This document shows, one piece after another, positions 11,358 through 23,273 of a stretch of 64,000 nt of DNA (within the stretch, counting starts at the first letter, position 1; every line of letters starts with the position of its first letter). The position numbers were made by a program, and so were the translations under genes. The DNA comes from Toensbergia leucococca (taxonomy: Eukaryota). The stretch lies in NCBI GenBank assembly GCA_022813965.1, contig JALDZS010000110.1, forward strand, positions 1 through 64,000, given 5' to 3'. Below the pieces are notes generated by a model. The model was not told the origin of the DNA and did not search any database. It saw only the letters and a program-made list of their open reading frames with translations.

Positions 11358-14300
11358 TCAGGGCAAAGGCAGAACGCCACTAGACCCCTCGGCATTCTCC
11401 TCCACACTCCTCTCCACAGACCTCTCCTCCCTCACCACCCCACCATCTCCGCCCCCAGCGCCGAAACTGAGCTTACTACCCCTCCTCTCCCCCTCACCTG
11501 GCCGAGGACTCTTAGCCCTCTCCCTCTCAGCCTCCCTCTCTCTCTTTTCCTCCCTCGCCTTCTTACTCTTGGACTTAAGCCAGCCAAACGGACCCTTCTT
11601 TTCCGAATTCTCGGGCGGAGATTCCTTCTCCTTGGGGAGTGCTTCTCTATCCTTGGAAGGAGTAGATTCGTTGCTCGAGTACTGCAGGGTGGAAGCAGTA
11701 GATGCCTCGGTGCCGAGTTGATGCGAGTCGTTTGTCATTGATTTGCGAGGTTTGGCGAGGCTACCGACTGAGGTGGTGCTGTTCTCTGCAATAGCGTTGC
11801 CATGAACTCGGGAGGTGGATCGGTCCGCGCGTTTAGGGGTGGATGAGGAAAGACGCCATCGGTGACGCTTGCCAGGAGTTGCGGTTTGGTTGGCTGGGTC
11901 ATCGGTGTGGTCTGCTTCCGACTGGTCTGTGATAGAAGAGCGAGAATAAAGCGACGGATTAGAAGACTTGGACGGTTTGAAGGATTGGAAAGGGTTGTAA
12001 TGTTGGTCTTGGGCTTGTAAATGATTGGGCTCTTGTGTGCCGTCTATTTGAGGGGGATTTTCCGATAATGGTGTAGCGTCCGTGTTAGATAGGACAGGGG
12101 CCATAGAAGCTAGAGGATCACTTTGTTGTTGAGTACCCACACCCGGAGTAGGCATCGGCGTGTAGAAGATTTGATTCGCTGGGGAGTCGGGCCCATTGTG
12201 GAGCGAGGCAGTCGAACTTTGAGCACTGACATTTGCACTTCCCGGAAGACGTTTCTTTTTCAGTTTATTTGGTATACGTGAATCTCTACGCTCGCCTTCG
12301 CCAGCCGGTGATCTATTTAGTAGATGAGAGAGCTTCCTTTCTCCAGTGGGTGTAGGGGTCGTAGGTTGGACACCAAAATTCTGAGGTGGCTGTAAGTTGA
12401 TATTCTCGCCCCGTAATAATCTCTCTTTGCTGCCTTGTCTGACCTTGGAATCTTCAATAGGGGCCAAACCTGGAGGATGCTCGGCGGTAGGAGTTAACGA
12501 AGACGTGGTTGAAGCGGAGCGACCTTCGGGGGAAGTCTGTGCCAATTTGGACCCCGAAGATATTGCATTAGTCGGTGCTAGGTATCCTCCTGGCCCCATA
12601 TTCGTAGTCGTTGGACTCTGTGGGCTTGATGATTTGGCCCATCGAGATGAAGACAAAGCGGGAGAGCGTTTCGTGGGTAAAGTATTACTTCTGTGGACAC
12701 CTGGACTGTTATTTGCGATTGGGGTACCTGGAGACTGCGAGCCTGGACTAGGAACGTTGGCAGAATGCTTCGAATTCCTTGAAGAAACTGACACATTCCG
12801 TCGGATGCCAAATTTACGTAGGCTATCTGCTCCGGCACTAGCGTTGGATGTAGATCTACCCAGAGCTTGTGAGGCTTTTGTTGGCATAGGAGTACTGTTT
12901 TGTCGTCGCTGCACACCGCCTTGGACTTCCTTGACCGTCTTCTCATCTGCTGCTGTCCCACTCATACCAATCAAGAAACTGTCTTGATTCTCAATCAGAA
13001 ATATGAGAACATCTTGGCTAAGTCTATACTCGGGAGGTTTCATGTCATGGGTTGGATGAGATAACAAGCCGGGTTGAAAGATGGCTGCGAGATTTGCCGA
13101 AGTCATTCGATTAAGGTCCGACTTGGACGCAAAGACGGCTAGAAGGTCCAAGATATATAGAAGCAATTGACGGCTGAGAGGAGGTAATTCCGTGATGAGT
13201 CGCTGGTATGTGATGATGGCTAGATTTTGGTCGAAATCGCCAATGTCTTGCGCTTGAGCTTCCATGTCTCCGACCGCTTGTGTCTGGTGGCTTCGTAAAG
13301 GCTCCCGGAATTTTTCATAAAAGTCCAACGGAACGATTGGCTGCGGCGACAGGTTGAGATATCTCCTTAGAATATTGGCTGCGTCGTGTACCGTGTAACC
13401 AGTCCAGTCAAGCCCTTTGCCATAGCGATCTGGAGAGTCAAAGATAGTCTGGAGCTCCTTGATTCGTTTGTTGGAACCATTCAGTCGAAATATACCCTCA
13501 ACGTCCGTTGCTAAATCATAGAAACAAATTAGCATAGAGTCCTCGAGTCATAACTTACGTAGTGTGATCTTGCCTTTTTCTTTGAGAAATACACCACACT
13601 TTGCAACCACAATTGGTACGTATCCGTAGATGAAACTCTCTCCTTGCTCGTTTGTCAGAGATATCGCAACGTTCGCGTACTTGATGCTAATATGAAGTGG
13701 GACGCCAAATATTCCAGTCGGTGGTTCCACTGCATTGATTTGAAAAATTAGCGTCGAGTCTCTGAATAGAAACTTGTCCACAAGTTTTGTGCGAGCAATC
13801 CTCCCAAATCCTCCGAGGCTAGGCATAGGTAGGGATGTGCAGGAAATTTCGAGGAAAAAAGATTGAAATGGAGACTGTTTCAATCAACTCAAGATGTTCA
13901 TCTCCAAACAAAGACAGCACACGAAATTCAGTGCCACAGCTCATCTCAGATGATATTATTTCAAAGAACCTTGGAAAGACAAAGAGAGGAACCTATTCAG
14001 TTGTACCAATGGTGCTGCCGAGCGTCTCGACGGTAGCATCCACGAGTACGAGAAAGCCATTATTTGTATGAAAGATCCTTGATCACTCATGAAAGCTAAC
14101 AAGGGTTCGCAGAAGGCAGATATTCCTTTTTTAACTCTGCGAATGGGGGCGAAATATATTTTCCCAGGAATCGCACAACAAAAGAAAATGGCAGACCCTT
14201 ACCTTTATGTTCCTCTTTCTTTGTGCTCTTCTTGAATGATTTCCACCAGGACGCCAGGTCGGGTTTCGTAGGAGGGGACGCCATTGTTTGAGGATTAGCT

Positions 14301-14362
14301 GGTTGAGTAGGCAGTCGAAGTGATTGCTGGGCAGTAGGTGTCGATGGATTGTGGTTGGCCAT
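11358..14362 (-). CDS. Rho GTPase-activating protein, Sac7/Rga5-like
   Basis: GIFGVPL..SIKYANVAISL, YGYVPIVVAKCGVFLKEK, VEGIFRLNGS (arginine finger), HDAANILRRY and NRMTSANLAAIFQPG, followed by a long Ser/Pro-rich tail. Confidence 0.9.
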
Positions 14363-15362
14363 CTGATGAGGAAGCTAGCAGGCAGGTTTCATCCAGACGA
14401 GTTCGAAAGATGTAAGAGCACAGGTTCGGATTAAATACTGTCGGCCGTTCAAGTGGGTTCTTAAAATAGATTTGCACTTTTTGTCTGCCTTGAGGTGCTG
14501 AGCATTCCTTTTGATCAGTGCGACAACTTGTGATGTTGAGATTCTTATCCTGTTTCTGATGCCTGAAAAAGTCGTAATGATGGTGATCGAAGAGAAATTA
14601 TGGCGGTCCTGAGGACCTGGACGAACAATGGGATGAAACGTGAATGAGTGGTATAGCACGCGCTGACAGGTCGGAAAGGTCTTGGTAGCTCTGAATCACG
14701 ACTGTTTGACTTCTTGTCCTGGCGCAGAATACGGGTGTGAAGATGTGGTGCTGGAAAGGTGCTGGCGCATCAAGGGAGGCGTTGTTCAGAGTGGGCAATG
14801 CCTCGTCGGTCCGTTGCGTTGGAACAGTCTGGCTTCGTTATGGGTCGAGGAATCTGCAGCTAGTAGAGCAAATGAAGCAGTGTATTCGACGAGCAGACCC
14901 TCGGTCAACAGACGGAAGAGGGAGTTGTCGACATGGGCTCATGGGGTGAATGGGGAATGGGGAATGGGAAATAGACTCGAATCTCGTGGGCGACCCGTTG
15001 CTTGTCACGCTTCCTTGCTAGCGTATTTTGCGGGGCATGAAGCTGGACGCACTCGACGTTTTATACCCGAACATCAAACGCCAATCGATGCACTAGATGT
15101 CGACTTGACTGAAAATAGACCAACAGCCTTCTGAAATCTTATTCAAAACAAGCAGAGAAGAAACGAAGAAGAGGGGAGAACTAAACGAAGCACCTGAAAA
15201 TACCTACTGCAAGCTGCATCTCTGACAACCTTAGCCTGCTCGCTTCGTCCTGTTCAGCCCTGTATAAAGTAGACAACATCAGAGCTTGACCAGAACGAGC
15301 CCATTAACCTGCATGATCCTTTTCAGCCTCAATCCCGTGTCATTCTCTTTCAAACCTTCATT

Positions 15363-15799
15363 ATGGATGGGTGAGACGTCCCTTATCCTCTCTTCGCGCT
15401 GCTTCTTGTCATCTGTGTGTCTCCATCTGCACACACAATCACTAACACACTTCAATCCCTTAGACTCAATGCATCCGAGCAACGTGAGCTGCAGACCCGA
15501 ATGGAGAAGAAGCAAATGAAAGAGTTCATGACTGTGAGTGCCATCCCTACTCACTTCCCCGCAACAAGCTCTTCCCAGCTAATGTCTTCTCTCTTTTCAA
15601 GATGTACTCTCGCCTCGTACAATCCTGCTTCGACGACTGTGTTAACGATTTCACCACCAAATCTCTGCACACACGAGAGGAAGGCTGTGTACTGCGATGC
15701 GTAGATAAGCATTTGAAAGGATCGGAGAGGTTAGGACAGAGATTTCAAGAGCAAAACGCTGCCATGATGCAGTCAGGACAGATTCCGGGAAGATCATAA
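15363..15799 (+). CDS. TIM9: Mitochondrial intermembrane-space chaperone Tim9, 3 exons
   Basis: [48 protein letters not shown]...[11 protein letters not shown]; twin CX3C motif. Confidence 0.95.
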
Positions 15800-16431
15800 A
15801 CAATTCGGGGCAATTAGATTACATTGGATGTTGTGCTGGAGCTAGATGGGAAAGATGAGAGAGGGTCCGGTCTAACCTTCTCGGCGTGAGCGCTTTTGTA
15901 GCGCTTAGTCGTTGGGCCGACGTGGACTGGCTGTTGGGCCCATTGGTATCACTTGACAATCTCCGACTCATCGTGTATTATAGGATGTCTTCAGAGACAG
16001 GAGTTGAGCTTCAACACGTTTACGCTCAACGCAGATTCTGTGCCATTGACATGACATTCGACTACTCCATGAATCACTTACAGCCATGACTCTAACCTCA
16101 TTGTAATGTGGCATGCTCGCCCTTCTTATTGGTACATGGGAGGTTATGCTTTTTACTTCTTTTCAGTAATCTACCTAAACGCTATTCATTCAATCCGAAG
16201 AATTTCTTGTTCTACTGCCTCCAATCACTTTGATCTTGAGACTGTTTTACAGACTTGAAACACACCCGCACCGCATTGAAATATGGCTGGTTGATCCAAG
16301 CTATGAAGAATAAAATGCACAAATGTTGAGGAAATGAGCATATCCTGCGATGCGCAACCTTATGTCCTCGTGTCAAAGCAGGCTCCCGCTATTCTATATG
16401 CAAATCCCAAAATAAATTTCTTCAACATTCC

Positions 16432-18236
16432 CTACATACGCACCCCGCACACAGCAAGCTTTCCCACCTCTTCACTCCATCCGAATATCAACGACACCCT
16501 TGAGAACAGAAGACGTTGCTCCAGATATTTGAGTAAGGTTGTACTCGAGTCCACCAAGTCTTTTGCGGTCCGTCCGAGGAGTTGCTCCCATGCGGAAGTG
16601 GACCAAACCAATTTACCGCAATTGATGGAGCCGGTCTCATCGACAAGAGTCCCCATCTAGATTCTGGATTAGTCAATGACACAAAGAGGGTAGATGTACG
16701 GAAGCTGATTACTAGTCGCGGATTTATCCGTAGAGGGATTTCGAAGCGGCAGTGTTTACATTTCGCACTGGTAGAATTGGCGAATAACGGAACTCCGCAG
16801 CTAAGATCTAGTCAGCGTTGCCTTAGTTTTCTAGGCAGAGAGACTGACCACTCGGTACAGAGTAGCATGTGTCGTTGGTAGAGATGCATTACGTTGATTT
16901 CAAGGATCATGACACTTAGATATCCCATGTAGATTTCTATATAATGGTTAGTACTGATTGAAATGTCCTCATCTTTTCTCACCTGCCGGAGCCGCTCGAG
17001 CGCTGTTAATAGGGATCAGCTAGAGCACATAAACCAACGGAGTCTGTTCTTACAACTCATCGATATCGGCCAAGGTAAATAAAATCTTCACCTGTGATGC
17101 TTCGGCTTCGTCGATATCGAATACTTTTAAGATCAGCGGCACTTCTTCCAATAGGTATGTGGACTACTACCCTCTGGAAACGGCTGGTTGACATGATCTC
17201 TTCTCGTCAACCTTTGAGCAAATCCCCTTAACCAATAGGCATCGGTCATGCATGGGTCCACGTCAACGTAAGTCCCTGAGGTCAACGAGATCATAGCTCG
17301 TTTGTCACTCTTGAACCCAGCTCGAGAAATCAGCAGTACTGTATGTGACGTTTTCCAACACCTCGCAGAATAAGCAGCATACCCCCAAAGTGTCAAAGTA
17401 GCTTCCGAAGTATCGTCGAAGACGTTAACATCAGCTTTGGCGACTGTGTTCCCTTTCTTCGTTGTGACTAGTATGTGTGGTCAGTAGAAAAGATATAACC
17501 AACTCGGTGGGATGAACCACTTTTCTGTCTTCCTCCGATACTCTTTACACAAACCAATACTTTCGCATCGGCGAAATCATATCCCCCCTCGGCGAAGTTC
17601 TTCACTGTCATCAGACCCATGAGTTGAGCTTCGTCCGTATAACCCATTGGGGTTTTATACATAGTCCCATCATCATTCTGCTCTTGGACAAGAGCATAGC
17701 AACTATTGTCTCGTTCTGGGAAAATCGAGGTTCCAATAGAGGCGTTTTGCAATGTCAAGGACATGGACTCTGCGCTTGATACATGAGCGGTCCAAATAGA
17801 TAACAGTTGCCCAAGCCGCAATTTGTAGTCTATCTTTGCGTACCAGAGCTTGACCTTTGCCCAATATTCATTAGCACGTTTTCAAGGTGTCTGTACTAGG
17901 TATTCTGACCGATACTACCCCGGTATCATCTTTTACCAATAGTCTCAAACACCCTCTTGCGGCCTTGGGCGCCTCACCAAGGACCTGCTGATCGTAGAGG
18001 TTGACGATTCTGCCCGTCAAGGTAACGCAGCCTGGTCCGGGTACTAGAGCACCGATTTCCGTATCTTCGTAAGCATTCCTCGGATGCCATTCGTGCAGGG
18101 TAGGCTCAAGAACTGAAGTTATTTCCTCCGAGGTGAAGCCATCACCAGCTTCTGAAGGTGGAGTGGGAACTTGTACCTGCGCTGTGCTTACTTCTGGTTG
18201 AAAGAAAGATTGAATGGACGGGAATTGATGTGCCAT
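16432..18236 (-). CDS. Multi-OB-fold ssDNA-binding protein, MEIOB/RPA1-like, multi-exon
   Basis: VLVCVKSIG...VFDDTSEATLTLWG...WK..HTVLLIS OB-fold segment and a C-terminal Cys-rich OB fold (C.EC...CKHC...INP...LVDETG). Confidence 0.65.
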
Positions 18237-18547
18237 AGTGAATGGAGTAGGTAGCTAAATGGAGGAAATGAAGGAATGCCAAAGCTTTAGTGGGGCTGCG
18301 GTCTCGGTATTAGGGCTAGAACATCTTATTGACCGATCTGATTCGGAAAGACTCTCTAAACTTGGACATGGTCATGGATGTCTTTCATCTTATCTAAACG
18401 AATGTGACTGTAGTAGTAAGGCAACTTTGAAAGCATCTACCTTGGAAAACCACCGCAAAACCATCCGACCCAAAACCTCTCAATTCAAACTAGGCATCCA
18501 TTTCTTCTTACGTCGAAGTTTGGCCAAACATTTGGTCAGCTCCATGC

Positions 18548-20265
18548 TTAGAACAGCTTATGTTCGAGTGTCATGTCAGACTCCGGCTGGAGACCAACAC
18601 AAGCACGGAAGATGTTGGTCAAAGCCCCTCGCTGCTTAGCCAAGGCGTTGACTACAGGTGTACCCGGCGGAGTCAATGGGGCCTACTCAAAATCAGTCAC
18701 ACATCTTTCATCAGTCCAGCTACCCTTACCTTTAACATGTAGCTCAGAATACTCAGGACACTGTGAAATCCTTTATAATCCTTCGACCCAACTCCATCGC
18801 CAGCATCAGCCTTCCAAGTAATACGAGTCATCATCTCAGCAATGATCACAAGATCAATGATCAATGGAGAAGCCAAAAGCGAGTCCTCACAAACGTTGAA
18901 CAAGCTTATGGTCTGATGACCGCCCATGAAGATCTCGGCGTAGTACTCATCGAGCGCTCGCTTATTGTCGCCTACAGCTGGCATGTACTTGATGACTACG
19001 GTGTGGTCTGGGTGCTCTCCGGCCTTGTAGAGCACATTATTCGCCTCCACCATGTCATCCACAACATTAGACTTGGAAATCTCCTTTGAGCGGAATTGTC
19101 TTTGGGAGCTCAAGTTCTTGCCATCATTGTTGCCTAGATGGTTGTAGCTAGCGATGGAGGTAAGCTTGATGCCGGCGTTGATCATGAAATCAACCAAAGC
19201 AGATTTCATCTTCGTTTGCCCAGATTTGAAATCGTCCCCACCAATGAAAGAATTGTGCTGCTCTGCGAGGTCAATAGCACCAGGGACGAAGGTGTTCTGA
19301 GGGGATCCATTGATGAAAGGGGCATTCTCAAGAATACAAGCCACCGCAAATACGGTCGATGGAGCAATCTCTTCGTGTCCGGTTTCGATGGATTTCATAA
19401 GGTTTTCTGCAGTATCATTCACTCCGTTCATGATCTCGGCATAGCGTTCTGTGTTGGCAGTCCACTGAACGATGACTTTGTCTAAGCCATTCATAGACTT
19501 GAAATCACTGGGAGCGAATCAGCATAGTCCTGTTCCTACAATCGCCGAGTCTTACCGGATGTCTTTGCGAATCTTTTCCACATGATCCATTGATGCCTTG
19601 GATCCTTTGAGAATATTATCGGCACGATCCTCTTGATTGGCCGCAATAAAGTCAGGATAGTAGATACTGGGAAGCGGCTTCATCTCTGCCATTTCTTTCT
19701 TGACCAAAATCTTGAGGGTAGGCTCCATGACACCAGCCCTATCCATGGCTTCAGCTAGATTCATGCCGCTAATATCCCATCCGCCAATCACAAGATCGTT
19801 AGGATGAGCCATAGGGAGAACGTCATGAAACGGAATGTTGATCTCCTTGCCAGTCTTAGCTTCCGTACCCAATTTGATCGTAGACCCCATAACGACAGAT
19901 CCATAGTAGTTAGCGGCTTGCTTGCCCTCGCGGGTCTCCCAGACCAAGCCACGACGATTAGCAATGATACCTGCAGTGACAGTGGCACCATTGTTCCCAC
20001 CCCAGCCTACAAGCATCATGCCAACCTTTCCGACCTTACGCTGGACCTTGAAATCGTAAATGGTCTCCTTGGGAGTAGCCACGTACTTTCCATGGCTGGC
20101 CTGGGTAACAGAGGTCGTGCGGTAGACATATTTACTCTTGATCTCGTCTTCGGTGTATACAACATTGGGAGAATCTACAACGAACAAGTCGTTGGTCCCA
20201 TTAGCTAGCATAGAATGGCCCGTTCCGTTGGCTGAGCCGTTGGTGTAATCCGCATGTGGAGCCAT
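18548..20265 (-). CDS. INO1: Myo-inositol-1-phosphate synthase, 3 coding exons
   Basis: Signature motifs [47 protein letters not shown] and CEDSLLA. Confidence 0.98.
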
Positions 20266-20307
20266 GGTGACACTTAATGTAAAGCTTCCTATCTAAGGGG
20301 AAAGGCT

Positions 20308-20489
20308 TTATCGGGTGTAGGGTGAGTCCGAAGAACCTCCGGGAGCGGAAGAGCGTCGGCTTCCGTTGTACGGATGGTGAGTCCTGCATGAGGAAGTCAG
20401 TCAATAGAATTATATCCTTCTGAGGAGGCATTGTAGAATGATAGAGGAATATCTCTGGTCACATACGAGTTGAGTAAGTTGGAAAACGT
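20308..20489 (-). promoter_or_regulatory. Putative ACG-initiated, spliced uORF (32 aa) in the INO1 5' leader
   Basis: GTCAAG-ACG context; intron 20466-20384 (GTATGT...CTGAC...CAG); spliced frame (M)FSNLLNSTHHPYNGSRRSSAPGGSSDSPYTR*, stopping 42 nt before the INO1 ATG. Confidence 0.65.
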
Positions 20490-20900
20490 CTTGACTGATT
20501 TGGTGATCACACTTCGAGGTGCGATCTTTTCTTTAGATGTTTTGTAGAATATTGATCAAGGTAAGTAAAACTTTAGATAGTACTGGAGACGGGATAAATG
20601 TGAGATCAGAGTGAGGTTTCTTGTACTTTGTAATATATATTTCTGTGCGGGTATCAGTATCGCCTATCTCAGGGCCTGATAAGGATCGCTTAGAATAGTG
20701 GGCCCTAGCCAACCCTAAAACCTACCCCTGTCTTCGACCGTTTATACGGTATTCTACTCCCTCAGTCGCGTCACTTTTCCATCGCCCAGCTTCAGTGCTA
20801 GAGAACATCACTTCGACATTATCGCAGCATTCGACTTTACTTTTCCCACTCTGCCATTAGGACATCTCATACATTGAAATCTCTATTAGCAGCTCGCATT

Positions 20901-22700
20901 ATGGACTGCCCAACAGAATCTGCAAATCAACAGCTAAACCGGAATCAGCGTAAAGAGAGCTTCTCTCAGGCTTCACAAACTGCTTCCGAGTGCGTGAATC
21001 TCTTGTCGAGTGCTCCTCGATCTATAGTCTTTTAAGTAACTTGCGCGTCAAAAGCTGACTTGGTTTCTCCAGGTTCATCGATACCCAGCTACAGCTCGAA
21101 GCTGATGCGCGAGAAGCCCTCCCATATGTTCGTCTCTTCTGAATTCTCGATGCGACAGTCTGACTAGTCACAGGCCTTCGATCATTGTACCTATCCTCTT
21201 GGCCCTCTTCGCCAAAATCTTTTCTCCTGCCTAACATGCAATCCACCTCCCGAATTACCCTCCCAGCCCTATACCCCAGCCGCGGTCTGCTACTCCTGTT
21301 CAATAGCCTGTCATGGCGAACACGTTCTAGTCGAATTATTCAATAGGCGGAACTTTACTTGCGATTGCGGCACCACACGAATGCCCTCAGATGCACCTTG
21401 TACGTTACGAATCGATCCGTCGACTGGGATAAAAGGCCCAGTCCATTCTCAAACGGCCGCTGAGAACAATTCGTACAACCAAAATTTCAGGAACAGGTTT
21501 TGCGGATGTGGGCAAGTATATGACGCGCACCAAGAGAAGGGTACAATGTATCAGTGCCTAGGCTTGACTACTGAAACAGATGGGGGATGCGGCGAAGATT
21601 GGTGGCATCCTGAGTGTGTGGTTGGACCAGGTAGGGAATGGCAAAAGAAGATGAAGACGGAAAAAGTCGCAGAAGACATCACCATCGATGGTGATCAAGA
21701 CGACTCTACCGAAGCAATCCTTCCATTACCACCTGGTTTCCCAAATGAGGATGACTTTGACGCTTTTATCTGCTATAAATGCGTTGGTGCCAATTCTTGG
21801 ATAAAGCGCTATGCAGATTCTCCCGGATTTTTACCTCCAGTGTACCATGACAGAACAGCATCCGACTCCATAGACACAAGAACCGCCAATCAAGATAAAG
21901 AAACAAACGCCAACCAGTCAGAAGAAAGCATACCGCCACTCCGAACGACCTCGGAAAACTCAATTATCCCCTCAGCCATCTCGAGAAAACGAAGAGCTTC
22001 AGGTTCAGATAGCGAATTGTCCGACCATACAACAACCAAAAAGCTCAAAGCCGAGGATTTTCCCACTTGCAACTACGTCTCCCTCCTCTCATCTTCCCCG
22101 CGCCCCTTTTCCCTCTTCTTGCAAGAAAACTTCCGTGCTCATTTTTGCCGCTGTCCAAATTGCTACCCGGCCTTGAGCAAATACCCTCAACTCCTTGAAG
22201 AAGAAGAGGCCTATGAGCCCCCTCTCTCATCGGACGATGACGAAGGAGGCGAAAGCGTTGGTACAGCCAGTCTCCTCGAGCGAGGCGAAGCAGCCTTGAG
22301 CAACGTTGACAGAGTCCGTGCAATAGGTACGTCCGTCTCTACCAAGTTTCATTCGTGGTCCCATTTCCGTACTATAGAATGCAATCACTCTAACCACATC
22401 CCCTTTCTCTTCCCTAAAATAGAAGGCGTAATGGTCTACAACCACCTCAAGGACAAAGTAAAGACGTTTCTTCAGCCCTTTGCGGAAAGCGGCCAAGCCG
22501 TCGGCGCAGAGGATATCAAGGCCTATTTCGAGAAGCTCAGGGGTGATGCTGAAGCTGTCCGTGAGGCGGGTGGACGTGCTGCTGTTGTCGGGGGCGAGGG
22601 CGGTGAGGGCGAGGGTGATCATAGAAGAGAGCAGAGCGGTAAGTATATGCGTGGAGAGTCTGACAAGGAGAGGATAGGGCTGATGGGTGCAGGCTACTAG
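20901..22700 (+). CDS. mlo2: UBR-box/PHD-like protein, UBR7/Mlo2 homologue, multi-exon
   Basis: QLEADAREALPY, CTYPLGPLRQNLFSCLTC, CHGEH.LVELFNRRNFTCDCG, NSYNQNFRNRFC.C, CGEDWWHPEC and DRVRAIEGVMVYNHLKDKVKTFL. Confidence 0.9.
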
Positions 22701-23273
22701 CGATGCGCAAAACGGTGGTGGGCTGGGACGATGAAGGCCTCGAAGGTTTAGATATGAATCAGAGAAGGCAGAAATTAAAGTATAAGGTACATACAAAAGA
22801 CCGTCTCGACTTTCCAGCAGATTAATGGTTCTTGCTACTATGATTGCATAAGTTTATAAGTTGATAGATGAGTTGGAATTACATGGTTGACAGCCATGCA
22901 AGTGATGGACATGTTACTACGGCCATGATGTGTGGAGAACCCAATCGATATATAGGTTGCATCTATCCATTCGAGGTGCTCCTTGCCTCCTCTATGTCCA
23001 AGGTTCACCTCAATGGGTTTCATCATGATATCCTTGAACATAGATTGAGGTACCACATCCGTACCTGGGCGAAAGAAATGCCGCTAACCATTTTAGGTAG
23101 GCACTAACGCTGGCGGACAAATGCATCTACCTACCTACTCCGTGCACCTCGGCGACATCACCTACTCTTGACTACATATCAGTATCATCTCTCGTAAGGT
23201 ACTTGCCAACCTGATCCCTCGCTGTAATTCAGTCTACGTGAGTGGCTTCCTCAAGACTTAATTGTACACCCCA

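Noticed and set aside
20201..20431. 76-aa AUG ORF overlapping the INO1 start
   Set aside because: Its ATGs lie inside the predicted leader intron (20466-20384), so it exists only in unspliced RNA; the spliced ACG frame is the better candidate.
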